63,225 nucleotides of DNA from Cyanophora paradoxa CCMP329 (GCA_004431415.1 QPMI01000659.1:1-63225); one strand, 5' to 3'. Numbered from the stretch's first letter, positions 1-9,924 are shown. Notes: generated from the sequence alone by a model not told the origin. A program made the numbers and translations.

Positions 1-3000
1 GAACTTAAAGAAGCGGCCGAGGATCTTCTCGACGGCGCCGGCGGTGCCCGGGGCACCGTAGTCGACGCGGTGCAGGAAATAGCCCGCAACAGTCGAGGCG
101 CACGCAAGGCGGAGGCGGTCCTGTGCCGGCAACAGCTCGCTCAGCTCGATTAGCTGGCGGCGGCCCGACACTGTCATCTCGTGCGGCTCGAGAGAGGCCG
201 CCACGGGCGAGTGCTGGCCAATGCTCCAGTGGCGGCGGTATGGCTCCAGCCAGCCGGCGGTAGCGACGCACTCGTCCCCAAGCTTCGTAAGCTTGTGGGC
301 GTCGGGCTCGACTGCGGGGCGACCTCGGGCGTGAGGCCCTCGGCGTGCGGCCACGCGTGGCCCCCGGCCCACTTCGCGGCGACGCGAGAGGCCTGGTGCG
401 TGAGGCTCATGATTTCATAATAGTGCGTCGGCCAGGCGTGAGCCAGCGTGTCCTGGACAGCGGGTCATGCCCCAGCATCTGCAGGAACGCAGTGGGGAGG
501 GTCCGCGAGCCGAGGTACGTGCTCTCGGTGGCGAGCGGCTGAGAGAACGCCGCAAGCAAGAAGGAGAGCGTCTGGCGGGTGCGGGCCGGGCAGCGGAACG
601 CAGTGGCATACCACTGCTCGTCCCGGACCTCGATCAGCCCCTCGCTCACAGTGCAGCCGCAGTGAGTCTCGCACGGCGCTGGGTACAGGAACGCCGCGCG
701 GTCGAGCGGGACCGACGCGGCGCCCTTCAGCTTGTGCGCGTCCACGTTCCAGAGAGGAACGGGCCCCAGCTCGTGCTCGCGGCCCTTCACCGGCTCTAAC
801 TCAACGGCTCCGAAGTGAGTGAGGTCTAGGCCGGGGCTAGCGCTGAGGAGGCGAGCGCGGTTGAGGCGCAGGGTCTCCTTAGACGCTACGGTCGCGTCCT
901 CGTCGGCGAGGGAGGCGCCGTCGTCGGTCACCTCGAGGCTCGCTACCGTCTCGGCCCCCGAGGAGTACCCCAGGCAGCAGCCCACGCCGGCGGCGGGGTC
1001 CGCCGGAGCCTCGGCGGCGGCGGTCTCGGGGACCGACTTGGTGGGAGCGAGCTCCGTCGCGGGCTCGGGACCCTTCGCTTCTGCGTCAGCGCCCTCGACC
1101 TCCGTTGGGTCCGGGGCGGCGCCAAGAGGAGTGCGACCTCCTCAAGGGCGGCGTCCACGATGCCGGCGGCGAGCTCGGCGGGAAAGAAGTCGGCACGGGC
1201 GTCGGCGCGGGACCCTTCGCTGCTGCGTCAGCGCCCTCGACCTCCGTTGGGTCCGGGGCGGCCGCCAAGAGGAGTGCGATTTCCTCGAGGGCGGCGTCCA
1301 CTGCGTCGAACGCGACCTTCTTCTCCCCTCGTCCAGGCCCGACTCCGGGCGGTCGGCAACAGGTCCTGCGCCTCGCAGGGGCCGGCCTCTCGGCTCCCGT
1401 GGGGCACAGGTCTGGGCGGCTTTCCCCGGACAGCTGCACTACTGCGATCGCGAAAGCGGTGGCGGCTGCGGCGACCGCGTTGAGAGCGGGGCCGTCCGGG
1501 GTCCTGCAGCGCGGCGGCGTGCGCCGCGGCCGCTGCGGTGAAGGCTCGGAAGGTATCGTCGACCAACGCCTCGTCGCTGCGCACGATGCGCACACGGTAC
1601 ACGTGCTTTTCCTTGCCAAGCTCGGCGGGCGCCGGGGCCGCCGTGGGCCCCGACCCGTGGCCGCCGGTCGGCGCGGGAAGCAGTGCAGTCGCGGACGGGC
1701 CGGCGGCGCCGCTTCGGGCAGCCTGCTCGAGCATGGCGCGCGCGATCGTGAAGGCGTTGGGGTCAGCCCAGGGCGCCGGCGTCGCGGGCGGCACGGGCGG
1801 GCTGCAGCGGCGGCGGCGTGTTCTGCAAGCGCGCGGCGGACCGCGGCCTCGAGCGTCTGCGCCTGGGCCGGGCAGGACGCGGCCAGGTGGCCGGTTTTGC
1901 CGCAGTTGTAGCACGCCCGGGGCCCTGCAGCTTGCTGGGGCGGGGGCTCGAGCGGCCGTTCCCACCCTGCGGCGCGGGGTAGAACCGGCGCTTCGGGTCA
2001 CCGGTGCCTGCGCCCGTTGGCCCGCGGCGCTTGGCCGGGTTGATTGCCGACCACTCGGGCAGAGGCGCGGGTTGGTCCGGCACTCAAACGAGTAGTGCGA
2101 CTCGCCGCAGTGGCACGGCCGCCGGGGCTTCTCGGGAGACCCCGGGCCTTCAGGAAGTCTTTGATCTTCTGCTGATAGACCGGGTCGTCAAGGCGGGCGG
2201 CGGTGCGGACGCCGACGGGTAGAGCGCGCGGACTACGACGAGGGGCTCGTCCCGAGCAATGAGCTGCAGGAACGAGATGACCTCGGCGTTCTGATCCTCG
2301 GCGTCGTCCGCGTCCCACCCGTACGCGTTTGCCTCAAGCTCTGCGATCTCGGCTTCCGACACCGTCGTCGCGAGCATGATGCGCGTGCCCGCGCCGGCGC
2401 CCGCGTTCGAGCGCGAGGGACGACGGGGACAGCTGGCGTGTGCGTGATCGGCGGCGCGCTCTGCGGCGTGCGCGAGGCAGCCGTGGGCGCCTGCAGCGGC
2501 GTCCCGCGCGAGCCCAGCACTAGGGCCGAGCCGGGGACTTTGGAGATATCGACGTCCCAGGCGCCCAGTTCATTGGTGCGCTTGGTTACCAGGTCGATGA
2601 CCGCAGAGGGTCCCGTGATCTCGCGGTCCGCGATCTTCTGCGACAGCTCGTCATAGATCTTCCGAGCCGTGGAGAAGTTCGTCATCATGTGCCGGCGATC
2701 GGTGTCCGAAATCTCGGAGTCTTCGAAGTCGCGGCACTGATTGCGAGTGCGGCGCTTGAGCATCTGGCCCGCGTGGCGCATGAGTGCCATAAGCGGTGTC
2801 TCGTGCGCCTCGCGGCACTCCGGGATGATGCTCAAGTCGAGGACGCGGCGATAGAACGCCTCCGGCGCCTCGCCCACGTGCGGCAGGTCGAGGAGCGCCT
2901 TGTACCGGTCAGGGTTCCGCATCTCGGCGTCATCTTCGAGACGGCGCCTGATCGCGGTGTACGTGACCGTGAGGGCGGTCCGCTGCAAGCCCTCCTCGGC

Positions 3001-3444
3001 TTGCGCGATCTTCTCGTCGAGCGTCTCGAGGATCGCGACGTCTCGCGGGTCCGCCGTGCTCGTGCGCGCACGCTCGGCCCGGTACGCCTTCAGCTTCTCG
3101 AGCTCGCGAGTGTCGATCTGCTCGGCGCTCTGGAACAGCGAGATGTTCTGGCGCACGGGGTGCCCGTGATCTAGCGTGCCGAGAAGAGCCCACCCAGTTC
3201 GCTTCTGCACTTCAATGTGTGCAGTCGGCGAGACACTGAGCAAGTCCTTGCTCATGCTCGCGCAGCTCTCGAACTGGCGGAGGTGGTCCTGAACCGTGCG
3301 CTGATCGCTGCCCGGCGGCAGCTTCGGCAGGCTCTGGATCCATTGCAAAACATTTGATCCGCTCATAGAGTCCATGTCGGCGGCGCCACGCGCGTGCGCG
3401 GCCCGGACGACGAACTCCGCGGAGGCTCCGGTCCCCGAGGACAT
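1..3444 (-). pseudogene. gag: Gag-like polyprotein of element B, broken by multiple frameshifts in this assembly
   Basis: ORF 3444-2233 has capsid-like LPKL..HLRQFE and MHR-like GEAPEAFYRRVLDL. Variant knuckle CHCGESHYSFEC at 2115-2080 and canonical CYNCGKTGHLAASC at 1913-1872. Coding-like sequence continues through ORF pieces 2377-2150, 2318-1998, 2001-1228, 1619-1086, 985-407 and 410-174 to base 1. Confidence 0.75.
1067..1301. repeat. ~92-bp direct repeat pair within gag extension (1067-1158 and 1209-1301)
   Basis: GGGACCCTTCGC...GGGCGGCGTCCAC occurs twice and encodes VDAALEE(I/V)ALLLA on the minus strand. Confidence 0.9.
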
Positions 3445-3812
3445 TCTCAGGTCAAGCGGCGACGTAATGCCACGCTTTTCCGTGAGAGAATGTGCCTCGC
3501 TCGAGATCCGAGGCCGTCGTGGTCCACAGCAGCGGCGAGCAAGCTCACTAGCTCGGCTGCGGCGATTCCGGAGACAGCTCGGGCGCGCACGCCTCAGCCG
3601 TCGATCCGATCGCTCTTCGTCTTGTCCAGCACGATCGCAACAGCCGGAGAAGGCTGGCGTCGCGGCGAGTGACTAGCGACCGATCAGGAATGATCCCACG
3701 GGCTCGCACGCAGCTCGCTCAGGAAACGGCGACGATCCGATCGGGACGGGGATCCCTCGGTATTCGCGCGCGTTCCTGGATCCGCAGGACTAAGTTCTGG
3801 TTCTTTCCAGAA

Positions 3813-3825
3813 TGTTCGGTCGCCA
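3813..3825 (-). promoter_or_regulatory. tRNA primer-binding site (TGGCGACCGAACA)
   Basis: Plus strand reads TGTTCGGTCGCCA, a tRNA-like 3' end with CCA, 2 nt from the LTR-terminal CA. The ...GGTCG-CCA end suggests tRNA-Arg (inference). Confidence 0.7.
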
Positions 3826-3827
3826 AC

Positions 3828-4238
3828 TGCGGATCAGCCCGGAGCGGCGCAGGCGGGGCGCGAGAAGCGACCCACGACCTCTGCTGAGGTCTACCTGCGC
3901 GCCGGCTGAGCCGCGGTCGCCGAGCTGGGTCGGTTGCTGATGACGGGTCGCTGATGATCGGGGTTCTGGCTCCGTGAGCAGATGGCGCCTGTCGGATGAG
4001 AGGATTCCCACCCGGTGCAGCGTCCGTGCGGTCACGCACGGGCTGGGGCTGTAGCTGGGAGCACAAGTGGTCTATTCACAAGTGTACCCGTCCAGGGATC
4101 GCGTACCCCCAAACGGAGTCGCGCCCGGCGCTAAGTCAGAATACAGAGAGTGCTAGAGCTAGCTGCTCGATAGCACTAGACTAGGGCTAGCGGCTACGCA
4201 TAGACTGCCGGCTAGCCTAATCCGAGGGAATCGCGGCA
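3828..4238 (-). repeat. 5' LTR of element B
   Basis: Minus strand begins TGCCGCGATTCC and ends GGGCTGATCCGCA, followed 2 nt later by the PBS. The partner LTR is not in the window. Confidence 0.7.
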
Positions 4239-4677
4239 CGCGACAGGCCTCATGGGCGACACGCCGATGCTTCTCGGTCTCTCAACGCTGACGGCTCTTC
4301 GGGCGAGCATCAGTCTGGACACGGCCAACTCGGGCATGACGATTCTGCCGCCAGGCGATCACACTGCGACGCCGTACTTCGTCCCTTTTACGCAACGGGC
4401 CAGCCCGACGGGGGCACGCTGGTCCGTCTTGCGCAAACGGTTACGTTGCCCCCTGGAGAGGCCCTGGTACGATGCCACGTCCCCACGTATGATAAGACGG
4501 CGAGTGCGCACGCGCCTCACATGGAGGTCTCACCGCCGCCGGTCTTCATCTCGGAAACCGGAGATGATAACACTGACGAAGTCGACTTTCTTACACCTTA
4601 TCAACTCCATCTCAACCCTCACCGACGAACTTGCCTCGTGGCGGTCCGGAACCCTCACCGCACAGACGTCCGCTTGA
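4239..4677 (+). CDS. C-terminal half of aspartic protease (zero frame), N-terminus separated by insertion of element B
   Basis: ATGLMGDTPMLLGLSTLTALRASISLD resembles the retropepsin hydrophobic-LG-helix C-terminal motif. No D(T/S)G is present because the frame is cut at 4238. Confidence 0.7.
4383..4453 (+). promoter_or_regulatory. Programmed -1 ribosomal frameshift signal (C CCU UUU + H-type pseudoknot)
   Basis: In-phase X XXY YYZ heptamer at 4383-4389, 5-nt spacer, stem 1 4395-4404/4418-4427, stem 2 4410-4416/4447-4453. The pol frame is -1 relative to the protease frame. Confidence 0.8.
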
Positions 4678-7600
4678 AAGCGGGCACCATTGTCGGCGAG
4701 GCGGCGTACGGTGACTGGCCGGAGAGCGAGTACGACCCGCATCCCGACGTCGCGCAGTACCCGCAGGGACGGCACAAGAACTGGAGTCCAGAAGCCCAGC
4801 AGACGTTTCCGATCAGGCGTGTCGTCCAGCAGATCTTCGAGACGGCTCGCCCCGTCACCTTGCTGCGAAGTTGCCAGCCGCGACGATTTGCCTCCGTGGC
4901 ACGCGCCAAGTACCCGGAAGCCTTCAGCCATGGCAACAACCCTCAGCCCCAGCCACATCTCGATCGCTCACGCCCCGCCACCGAACGGGATCGGGAAGAC
5001 GCAGCGTCGTTCGTCGAGTCGCTCCTCGCCTATGACGCGTTCATACGCGACCGCAACTTCATGACCGACGACTACACAGACGAGGAGGTCGAAAGACTGA
5101 TCGATTTCTTCCTCCCGTACTTCACCGACCCCCAACGGTTCCGTGGGAGCTTCCGTGAGACTCTCCTACGAATCCGCATCGGACAAGCGTCGATGGCTGA
5201 TGCAAACGCCATGGATCCCCCCTCCACGTTGATGGCGGGTCCTGCGGCAATGACAGAAGCCGAAATCGGCGCTATGGTCGACGGGTTCTGCAAACCCTCT
5301 GAGGCCGACCCCGACATTACATCGGACCAACGCTTGACGTTCCGGAACCTTGTGCGCGAACAAGCCCGATGCTTCGCAAAAGTCCTTGATCCTCGTGACC
5401 TCCTCAAGTACACGAACTCGATTCGTCTACTGCCAGGTGTCAACCCCAAGCGGCTGCCCCTCTACACAGTCCCTCGGCGGCTCTCTCCCCCGGCGGAGAA
5501 GGCGGCCAAGGCGACCATCGAACAGCTGCTCAAGGACGGCCTCATCGAGCCCTCACAGGCTGGATATGGCAGTCCCGTGGTGCTGGCGCCCAAGAAGGAC
5601 GGCACGATGCGCTTCTGTGTCGACTACCGACGGCTCAACAACTTGATCGAAGGCGACGTCTTCCCTCTTCCCCGCATCGATGACCAACTTGAACGTTTGC
5701 AAGGCTCCTCCATCTTCAGCGTTGGCGACTGCCTGAGCGGCTTCTGGCAACTCGGCCTCGAAGAAGCCTCTCGGGACTACACCACCTTTCTCCTGCCATG
5801 GGGAGCCTGGAAATGGGTGTGCACTCCCTTCGGCCTCAAGTCTGCTCCGTCAGCATTCTGCCGGGCGGTCAGTTCAGTGCTCGGGGACCTTCTCTCCACG
5901 TGTGTTGTGGCCTACGTCGACGACTTGACTCTGCACTCGCTGACGGTGGCTCAGCACCTCATCGATCTCGAGGCCTTCTTCGCGGCGCTCGCTCGGGGCA
6001 ACCTCAAATTGAAACCGAGCAAGTGTCACTTCATGGTCCGCGAGATCGACCTTCTCGGTCACCGTGTCAGCGCTCAAGGCGTCCGCATGGACACGAAGAA
6101 GGTGGAGGTGATCTCCAAGATTACTGAACGAGAACTGCAGACCGTCGAGCATATGCGCAGCTTCCTCGGCATGACGGGCTTCTACAGGCGCTTCATCCGC
6201 AACTACACGCGACGCGAGCTTCCGCTCCGTGACTTGATTCACGCAGCGAAGCTAGCGGACACGACGCAGCTTCAGTGGACGCCAGAAGCCAGCGAAGCAC
6301 TCGCAGACCTCAAGAAGGTCATGTGCGACGACATCGTGCTCATGCTCCCCGACTTTTCCAAGCCGTTCATCATCTACACGGATTGGAGCCTGCGAGCAAT
6401 GGGCGCGGCGCTCATGCAGACCGACTCAGACGGTCGAGAACGACCAATCGCCTTCATCAGCCGAACCCTGACGGCCACGGAGGCGAGGTACAGCTCCCCG
6501 ACGGAACGCGAATGCATCGCGGTCATGTGGGCCGTCAAGACGTGGCGACACTACTTCGACTGCGGGCACCCGTTTACCATCCGCACGGACCACTCGCCTC
6601 TGCAGTGGCTGAAGTCGCAAGAACTCCTGGCGAACAAGGCGCTCTCACGCGCGGCGCTCGTCATGCAAGGCTTCAACTACACGATCGAGTACAGGCCGGG
6701 CTCGACCAACGTTGTCGCCGACTTCGAGTCACGCATGGCTCGTACGCATCCGATCTACGAACCTGGAGCGGCGGACGGATCAGACCTCACTACCGACCTG
6801 CCCAACGGGGCTCACGGACACTCGGTACCCCGCAGCGGCGATCCTGACGACCCGACGGAGATCTACGGCACGCTCGTCCCCGTGACGACCGAGCCTACGA
6901 CATCTATCGCGGCCGCTGGCCTCAACGGACGTGCATGGGCACCACCAGCACCTGGAACAAAGCGACGCCGACCAGTGACATTGGCCGAGCCTCGTAGCTC
7001 GCCCAACTCGCCACCACAGCGTGCCCGCCACGATCCAGAGGAGCAGGCGACAGAAGACGCCGAGGACGTGACCTCGGAAGTGGATCCCGCGGAGTTCTCC
7101 GACGCTGACGACGACGAACTCTCGTCTGAGGAACAGCGGAGCTCGCCCTCGCGCGCCGAGGCCGATCTCCCTGGACGGACGGGACTTCACTCTGAGGAAC
7201 AGCGGAGCTCGCCCGCGCACGGCAACACTACGCGCGACGGGACTCGCGACTCAGGAGATCGAGGGAGGGGGAGGGGTACACTGCGCGGGCGACCTTGTGG
7301 ACGACCGCGTGGACGATCTCGCCTGCATCACCCCAGAAACCGCCCTTCAGCAACCGAGCCTCGCAAGCCGGTGCTGCCTGACGCAGATCCGATCGGGAAC
7401 CTTCTTCCGCCTCCCCAGCTCCCCGGCGGCATTCAGCATGAGATCGAGAGCTACTGGCAGCAGGAGGCGCAACGCCACCTCGACGGACGCCAGCACGAAC
7501 CCGCTCTGCAGGAGCGCGACGGAGAGGCTGATCCACCGCTTTCGCCGAACAGCTCAGTCGGAGACCTGACGGACGCGACGGATGGAGAACCTGCTCAAGC

Positions 7601-9824
7601 GACTTCTCCCGCGCCCTCGGCGTCACCTGCCTTCGCGGGGCAGCAGGGCAACAAGCAGCCTCGACGCAGGGCGGAGGATCGCCATCGAGCTGCGAAGCAG
7701 GCCCAACATCGGTGGCTCAAACAACAAGCGCAACAGCGACACGAGGAGAACGTGCGCAACAACGCAGATCCTGACGGAGCCGAGGCGCGTCCTCGCCTCT
7801 CGAAGGAACAGCGTAAGCAGCGCCGCGACACTCGTCGCCAAGAACTTGAGGCACAAGCACCACGTCCCCCGAACCTTATCCTCACGCGTGGTGCGGGGTC
7901 TCGCAAGGGTCGGTACGCCATCGCGCCCCCCAACGTGATGGACGTACTCGACGAGGCTCTCCTCCCGATACCGACTCCACCCGAGACGTTGGGCAACGAA
8001 CGCGAACTTCCACCTGCGGAGCCGCTTACGACAGACGGCGTCGCTCCGTTGGATGACCGTACCGGCGGGCGCAACGCTCCGAAGCCGGTCTACTTACCGC
8101 CAGAGACCACTGTTGCCGACTGCTGGATGCAGGGGCCTCAGCCGCTGGTTGAAGTCCCTGTACCACCTGCTCTCCAGCCTCTGACGGTCGACGGAGCCTC
8201 TATGGTGGAAGATCAGAAGACAGATCCACTCTGTCAGATGATCATCGCGTTCAAGCTGCGGAAGGAGAACCTTGCTCGTTGCTACGGCCACACTCACGGC
8301 GCTGACGCCCTGAGTCGTGATCCCGACGTCTACAAGACCTGCTTCGGCTGCGGGCAGGCGCGGGAACGCTTTGCGAAGGAGGCGGGACGCTACTGTCTCT
8401 CTCGCTCCGGTGTGGTCCTCCGCGCGCCCCTCTTCCCAACGATGGGCTCGCCGGTGGTAGTGCCCCAACGCTGGAGAGCTGCGGTGATGGAAGCGTATCA
8501 CGATGACTGGGCTCACCGAGGCGCGTCCATCGTCGCCCGGCGCATCGCGACTCGCTTCTGGTGGCCTGGCATGACGAACATGGTGCACCGCTACGTTCGC
8601 ACCTGCCATCACTGCCAGTTGGCGAAAGCCAAGCACCGGCCTCGAGTGCAGCACATGATCATCGAATCGCGGCACCCTGGCGACCTGCGCCAAGCTGATC
8701 TCTGTCCGATGCCTCACGCCAAAGATGCCCCTCACCGCTTCACGCAAGTGCTGATTGACATCGACGCGTACACCAAGTATCCGGAGATCATCATGCTCAC
8801 GGAAGCTGACGGCACGGCCATGGAGTGGGCTGCGCAGAGCATTCAGTCCTCAAACGGCACGCCCAAACGTTACCTCACTGACAACGGCACGGTGTTCAAG
8901 CCGAACACGCCCTGGGGCAAGTTCTGGACCAAGCAGGGCGTGCGGCTCATCTACACTGGTGTCTCTCATCAGTCGACCAACGGCGGTGCCGAACGACTTG
9001 TCGGGGTGTACAAGCGGCTTATCTTCGCGCTCTGCGCCGAAGACAAGCGTGACAACGTCTACTGGCCTTACTACCACTACCGTGTGCTCTTCGCGCTGCG
9101 CACTACGATCCACGCGGCAACCGGCTTCTCCCCGGCTACGCTTCACCATGGACGCGAGCTGGTGCTGCCCGGGGACCTCCGTTTGGATCTTGTTCAGCGT
9201 GAACCCTTCGGCGAGCCTTACACGTACGCGGAGTACGCGCTGGCTGTCGCGCGGGCGGCTTCAAGTGTCGCTGAGGCGGTCAAGGCTCATCGGAAGATGT
9301 ACAATCACAAGCTCCTTCGCTACGGCACCGGCAACGAACCTCGTCAGATTTTCGTGCCGGGTGACAAGGTGCTCTGCTGGAGCGAGAGCGCGAAGGCGAC
9401 CAACGTCATGAAGCACGGTACGCGTAACGGCTGGACCGGCCCGTACGTGGTCGTGGAGGTCTTCTCTCGCGGCTACCTCTACACCGTACGCGGCGACCCG
9501 TCGTCTCGAATGCATCGTTCGACGGACGTTGTGGTACACGTCGACAACATCATTCCGTACTATGACCGCCCCGATAACTTTGCCGAGGATCCGAAGCCTG
9601 GCCGGCCTCGACGGCGCGCTCCTGAACCTGTTCCCCCGCCTCCGGTGCAGCCGGACGCGGATGGTGATCAGCCAATGGAGGATCCGCCGATCCTGCACGA
9701 CGACGAGCCTCACTCGGAGGACCGCCCGGCCGAGGAGGACAGTGACGATGACTCCGTGGAGTCCGAGCAGGAAGAGAGTGTGCAGCTCCATGTTGTGGGC
9801 TGGCCGAAGCACGACTTCGCCTAG
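4383..9824 (+). CDS. pol: Pol polyprotein: dUTPase-like beta linker, reverse transcriptase, RNase H, long insert, integrase
   Basis: ORF 4446-9824 is open upstream to the slip site. RT SPVVLAPKKDGTMRFCVDYRRLN and YVDD (5913-5924); RNaseH YTDWS..ERPIAFISR..TDHSPL..NVVADFESR; IN HHCC (YHDDWAHRG..CHHC), QADL/TDNG/AERL DDE core and GPY motif. Confidence 0.96.
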   Translation, partial: PFYATGQPDGGTLVRLAQTVTLPPGEALVRCHVPTYDKTASAHAPHMEVSPPPVFISETGDDNTDEVDFLTPYQLHLNPHRRTCLVAVRNPHRTDVRLKAGTIVGEAAYGDWPESEYDPHPDVAQYPQGRHKNWSPEAQQTFPIRRVVQQIFETARPVTLLRSCQPRRFASVARAKYPEAFSHGNNPQPQPHLDRSRPATERDREDAASFVESLLAYDAFIRDRNFMTDDYTDEEVERLIDFFLPYFTDPQRFRGSFRETLLRIRIGQASMADANAMDPPSTLMAGPAAMTEAEIGAMVDGFCKPSEADPDITSDQRLTFRNLVREQARCFAKVLDPRDLLKYTNSIRLLPGVNPKRLPLYTVPRRLSPPAEKAAKATIEQLLKDGLIEPSQAGYGSPVVLAPKKDGTMRFCVDYRRLNNLIEGDVFPLPRIDDQLERLQGSSIFSVGDCLSGFWQLGLEEASRDYTTFLLPWGAWKWVCTPFGLKSAPSAFCRAVSSVLGDLLSTCVVAYVDDLTLHSLTVAQHLIDLEAFFAALARGNLKLKPSKCHFMVREIDLLGHRVSAQGVRMDTKKVEVISKITERELQTVEHMRSFLGMTGFYRRFIRNYTRRELPLRDLIHAAKLADTTQLQWTPEASEALADLKKVMCDDIVLMLPDFSKPFIIYTDWSLRAMGAALMQTDSDGRERPIAFISRTLTATEARYSSPTERECIAVMWAVKTWRHYFDCGHPFTIRTDHSPLQWLKSQELLANKALSRAALVMQGFNYTIEYRPGSTNVVADFESRMARTHPIYEPGAADGSDLTTDLPNGAHGHSVPRSGDPDDPTEIYGTLVPVTTEPTTSIAAAGLNGRAWAPPAPGTKRRRPVTLAEPRSSPNSPPQRARHDPEEQATEDAEDVTSEVDPAEFSDADDDELSSEEQRSSPSRAEADLPGRTGLHSEEQRSSPAHGNTTRDGTRDSGDRGRGRGTLRGRPCGRPRGRSRLHHPRNRPSATEPRKPVLPDADPIGNLLPPPQLPGGIQHEIESYWQQEAQRHLDGRQHEPALQERDGEADPPLSPNSSVGDLTDATDGEPAQATSPAPSASPAFAGQQGNKQPRRRAEDRHRAAKQAQHRWLKQQAQQRHEENVRNNADPDGAEARPRLSKEQRKQRRDTRRQELEAQAPRPPNLILTRGAGSRKGRYAIAPPNVMDVLDEALLPIPTPPETLGNERELPPAEPLTTDGVAPLDDRTGGRNAPKPVYLPPETTVADCWMQGPQPLVEVPVPPALQPLTVDGASMVEDQKTDPLCQMIIAFKLRKENLARCYGHTHGADALSRDPDVYKTCFGCGQARERFAKEAGRYCLSRSGVVLRAPLFPTMGSPVVVPQRWRAAVMEAYHDDWAHRGASIVARRIATRFWWPGMTNMVHRYVRTCHHCQLAKAKHRPRVQHMIIESRHPGDLRQADLCPMPHAKDAPHRFTQVLIDIDAYTKYPEIIMLTEADGTAMEWAAQSIQSSNGTPKRYLTDNGTVFKPNTPWGKFWTKQGVRLIYTGVSHQSTNGGAERLVGVYKRLIFALCAEDKRDNVYWPYYHYRVLFALRTTIHAATGFSPATLHHGRELVLPGDLRLDLVQREPFGEPYTYAEYALAVARAASSVAEAVKAHRKMYNHKLLRYGTGNEPRQIFVPGDKVLCWSESAKATNVMKHGTRNGWTGPYVVVEVFSRGYLYTVRGDPSSRMHRSTDVVVHVDNIIPYYDRPDNFAEDPKPGRPRRRAPEPVPPPPVQPDADGDQPMEDPPILHDDEPHSEDRPAEEDSDDDSVESEQEESVQLHVVGWPKHDFA

Positions 9825-9924
9825 CTATAACTCTGGGGTTGGTGGCGTTCGCTTCTATGACGGATGCGGAGCTCGGGTTCCTGAGCTTCACTTGAGTCAC
9901 CTTGGTGGTTGATGTGATGACCGT

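Larger units (their letters stand above)
1..4238 (-). mobile_element. LTR retrotransposon B (Ty3/Gypsy-like), 5' portion: 5' LTR, PBS, gag; continues beyond left edge
   Basis: On the minus strand: TG...CA-bounded 411-bp segment, then GT plus a TGG-initiated PBS, about 370 nt of leader, then a gag-like ORF with a CCHC knuckle. Its LTR start cuts the plus-strand protease frame at 4238/4239. Confidence 0.8.

Noticed and set aside
345-542. Plus-strand RVLDSGSCPSIC...VLSVASG, resembling the missing protease active site
   Set aside because: Short ORF antisense to the longer gag-extension frame and sharing its GC-rich third positions; it stops immediately and lies inside element B. Probably a shadow-frame coincidence.
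3937-3980. Two CTGATGA motifs in the LTR suggesting a hammerhead ribozyme
   Set aside because: No correctly placed GAAA after the candidate stem II (reads GAGCA), no stems I/III found, and it is antisense to the element.
9770-9900. Chromodomain at the integrase C-terminus (LHVVGWP)
   Set aside because: Lacks the YLVKW..TWE pattern and the ORF stops a few codons later.
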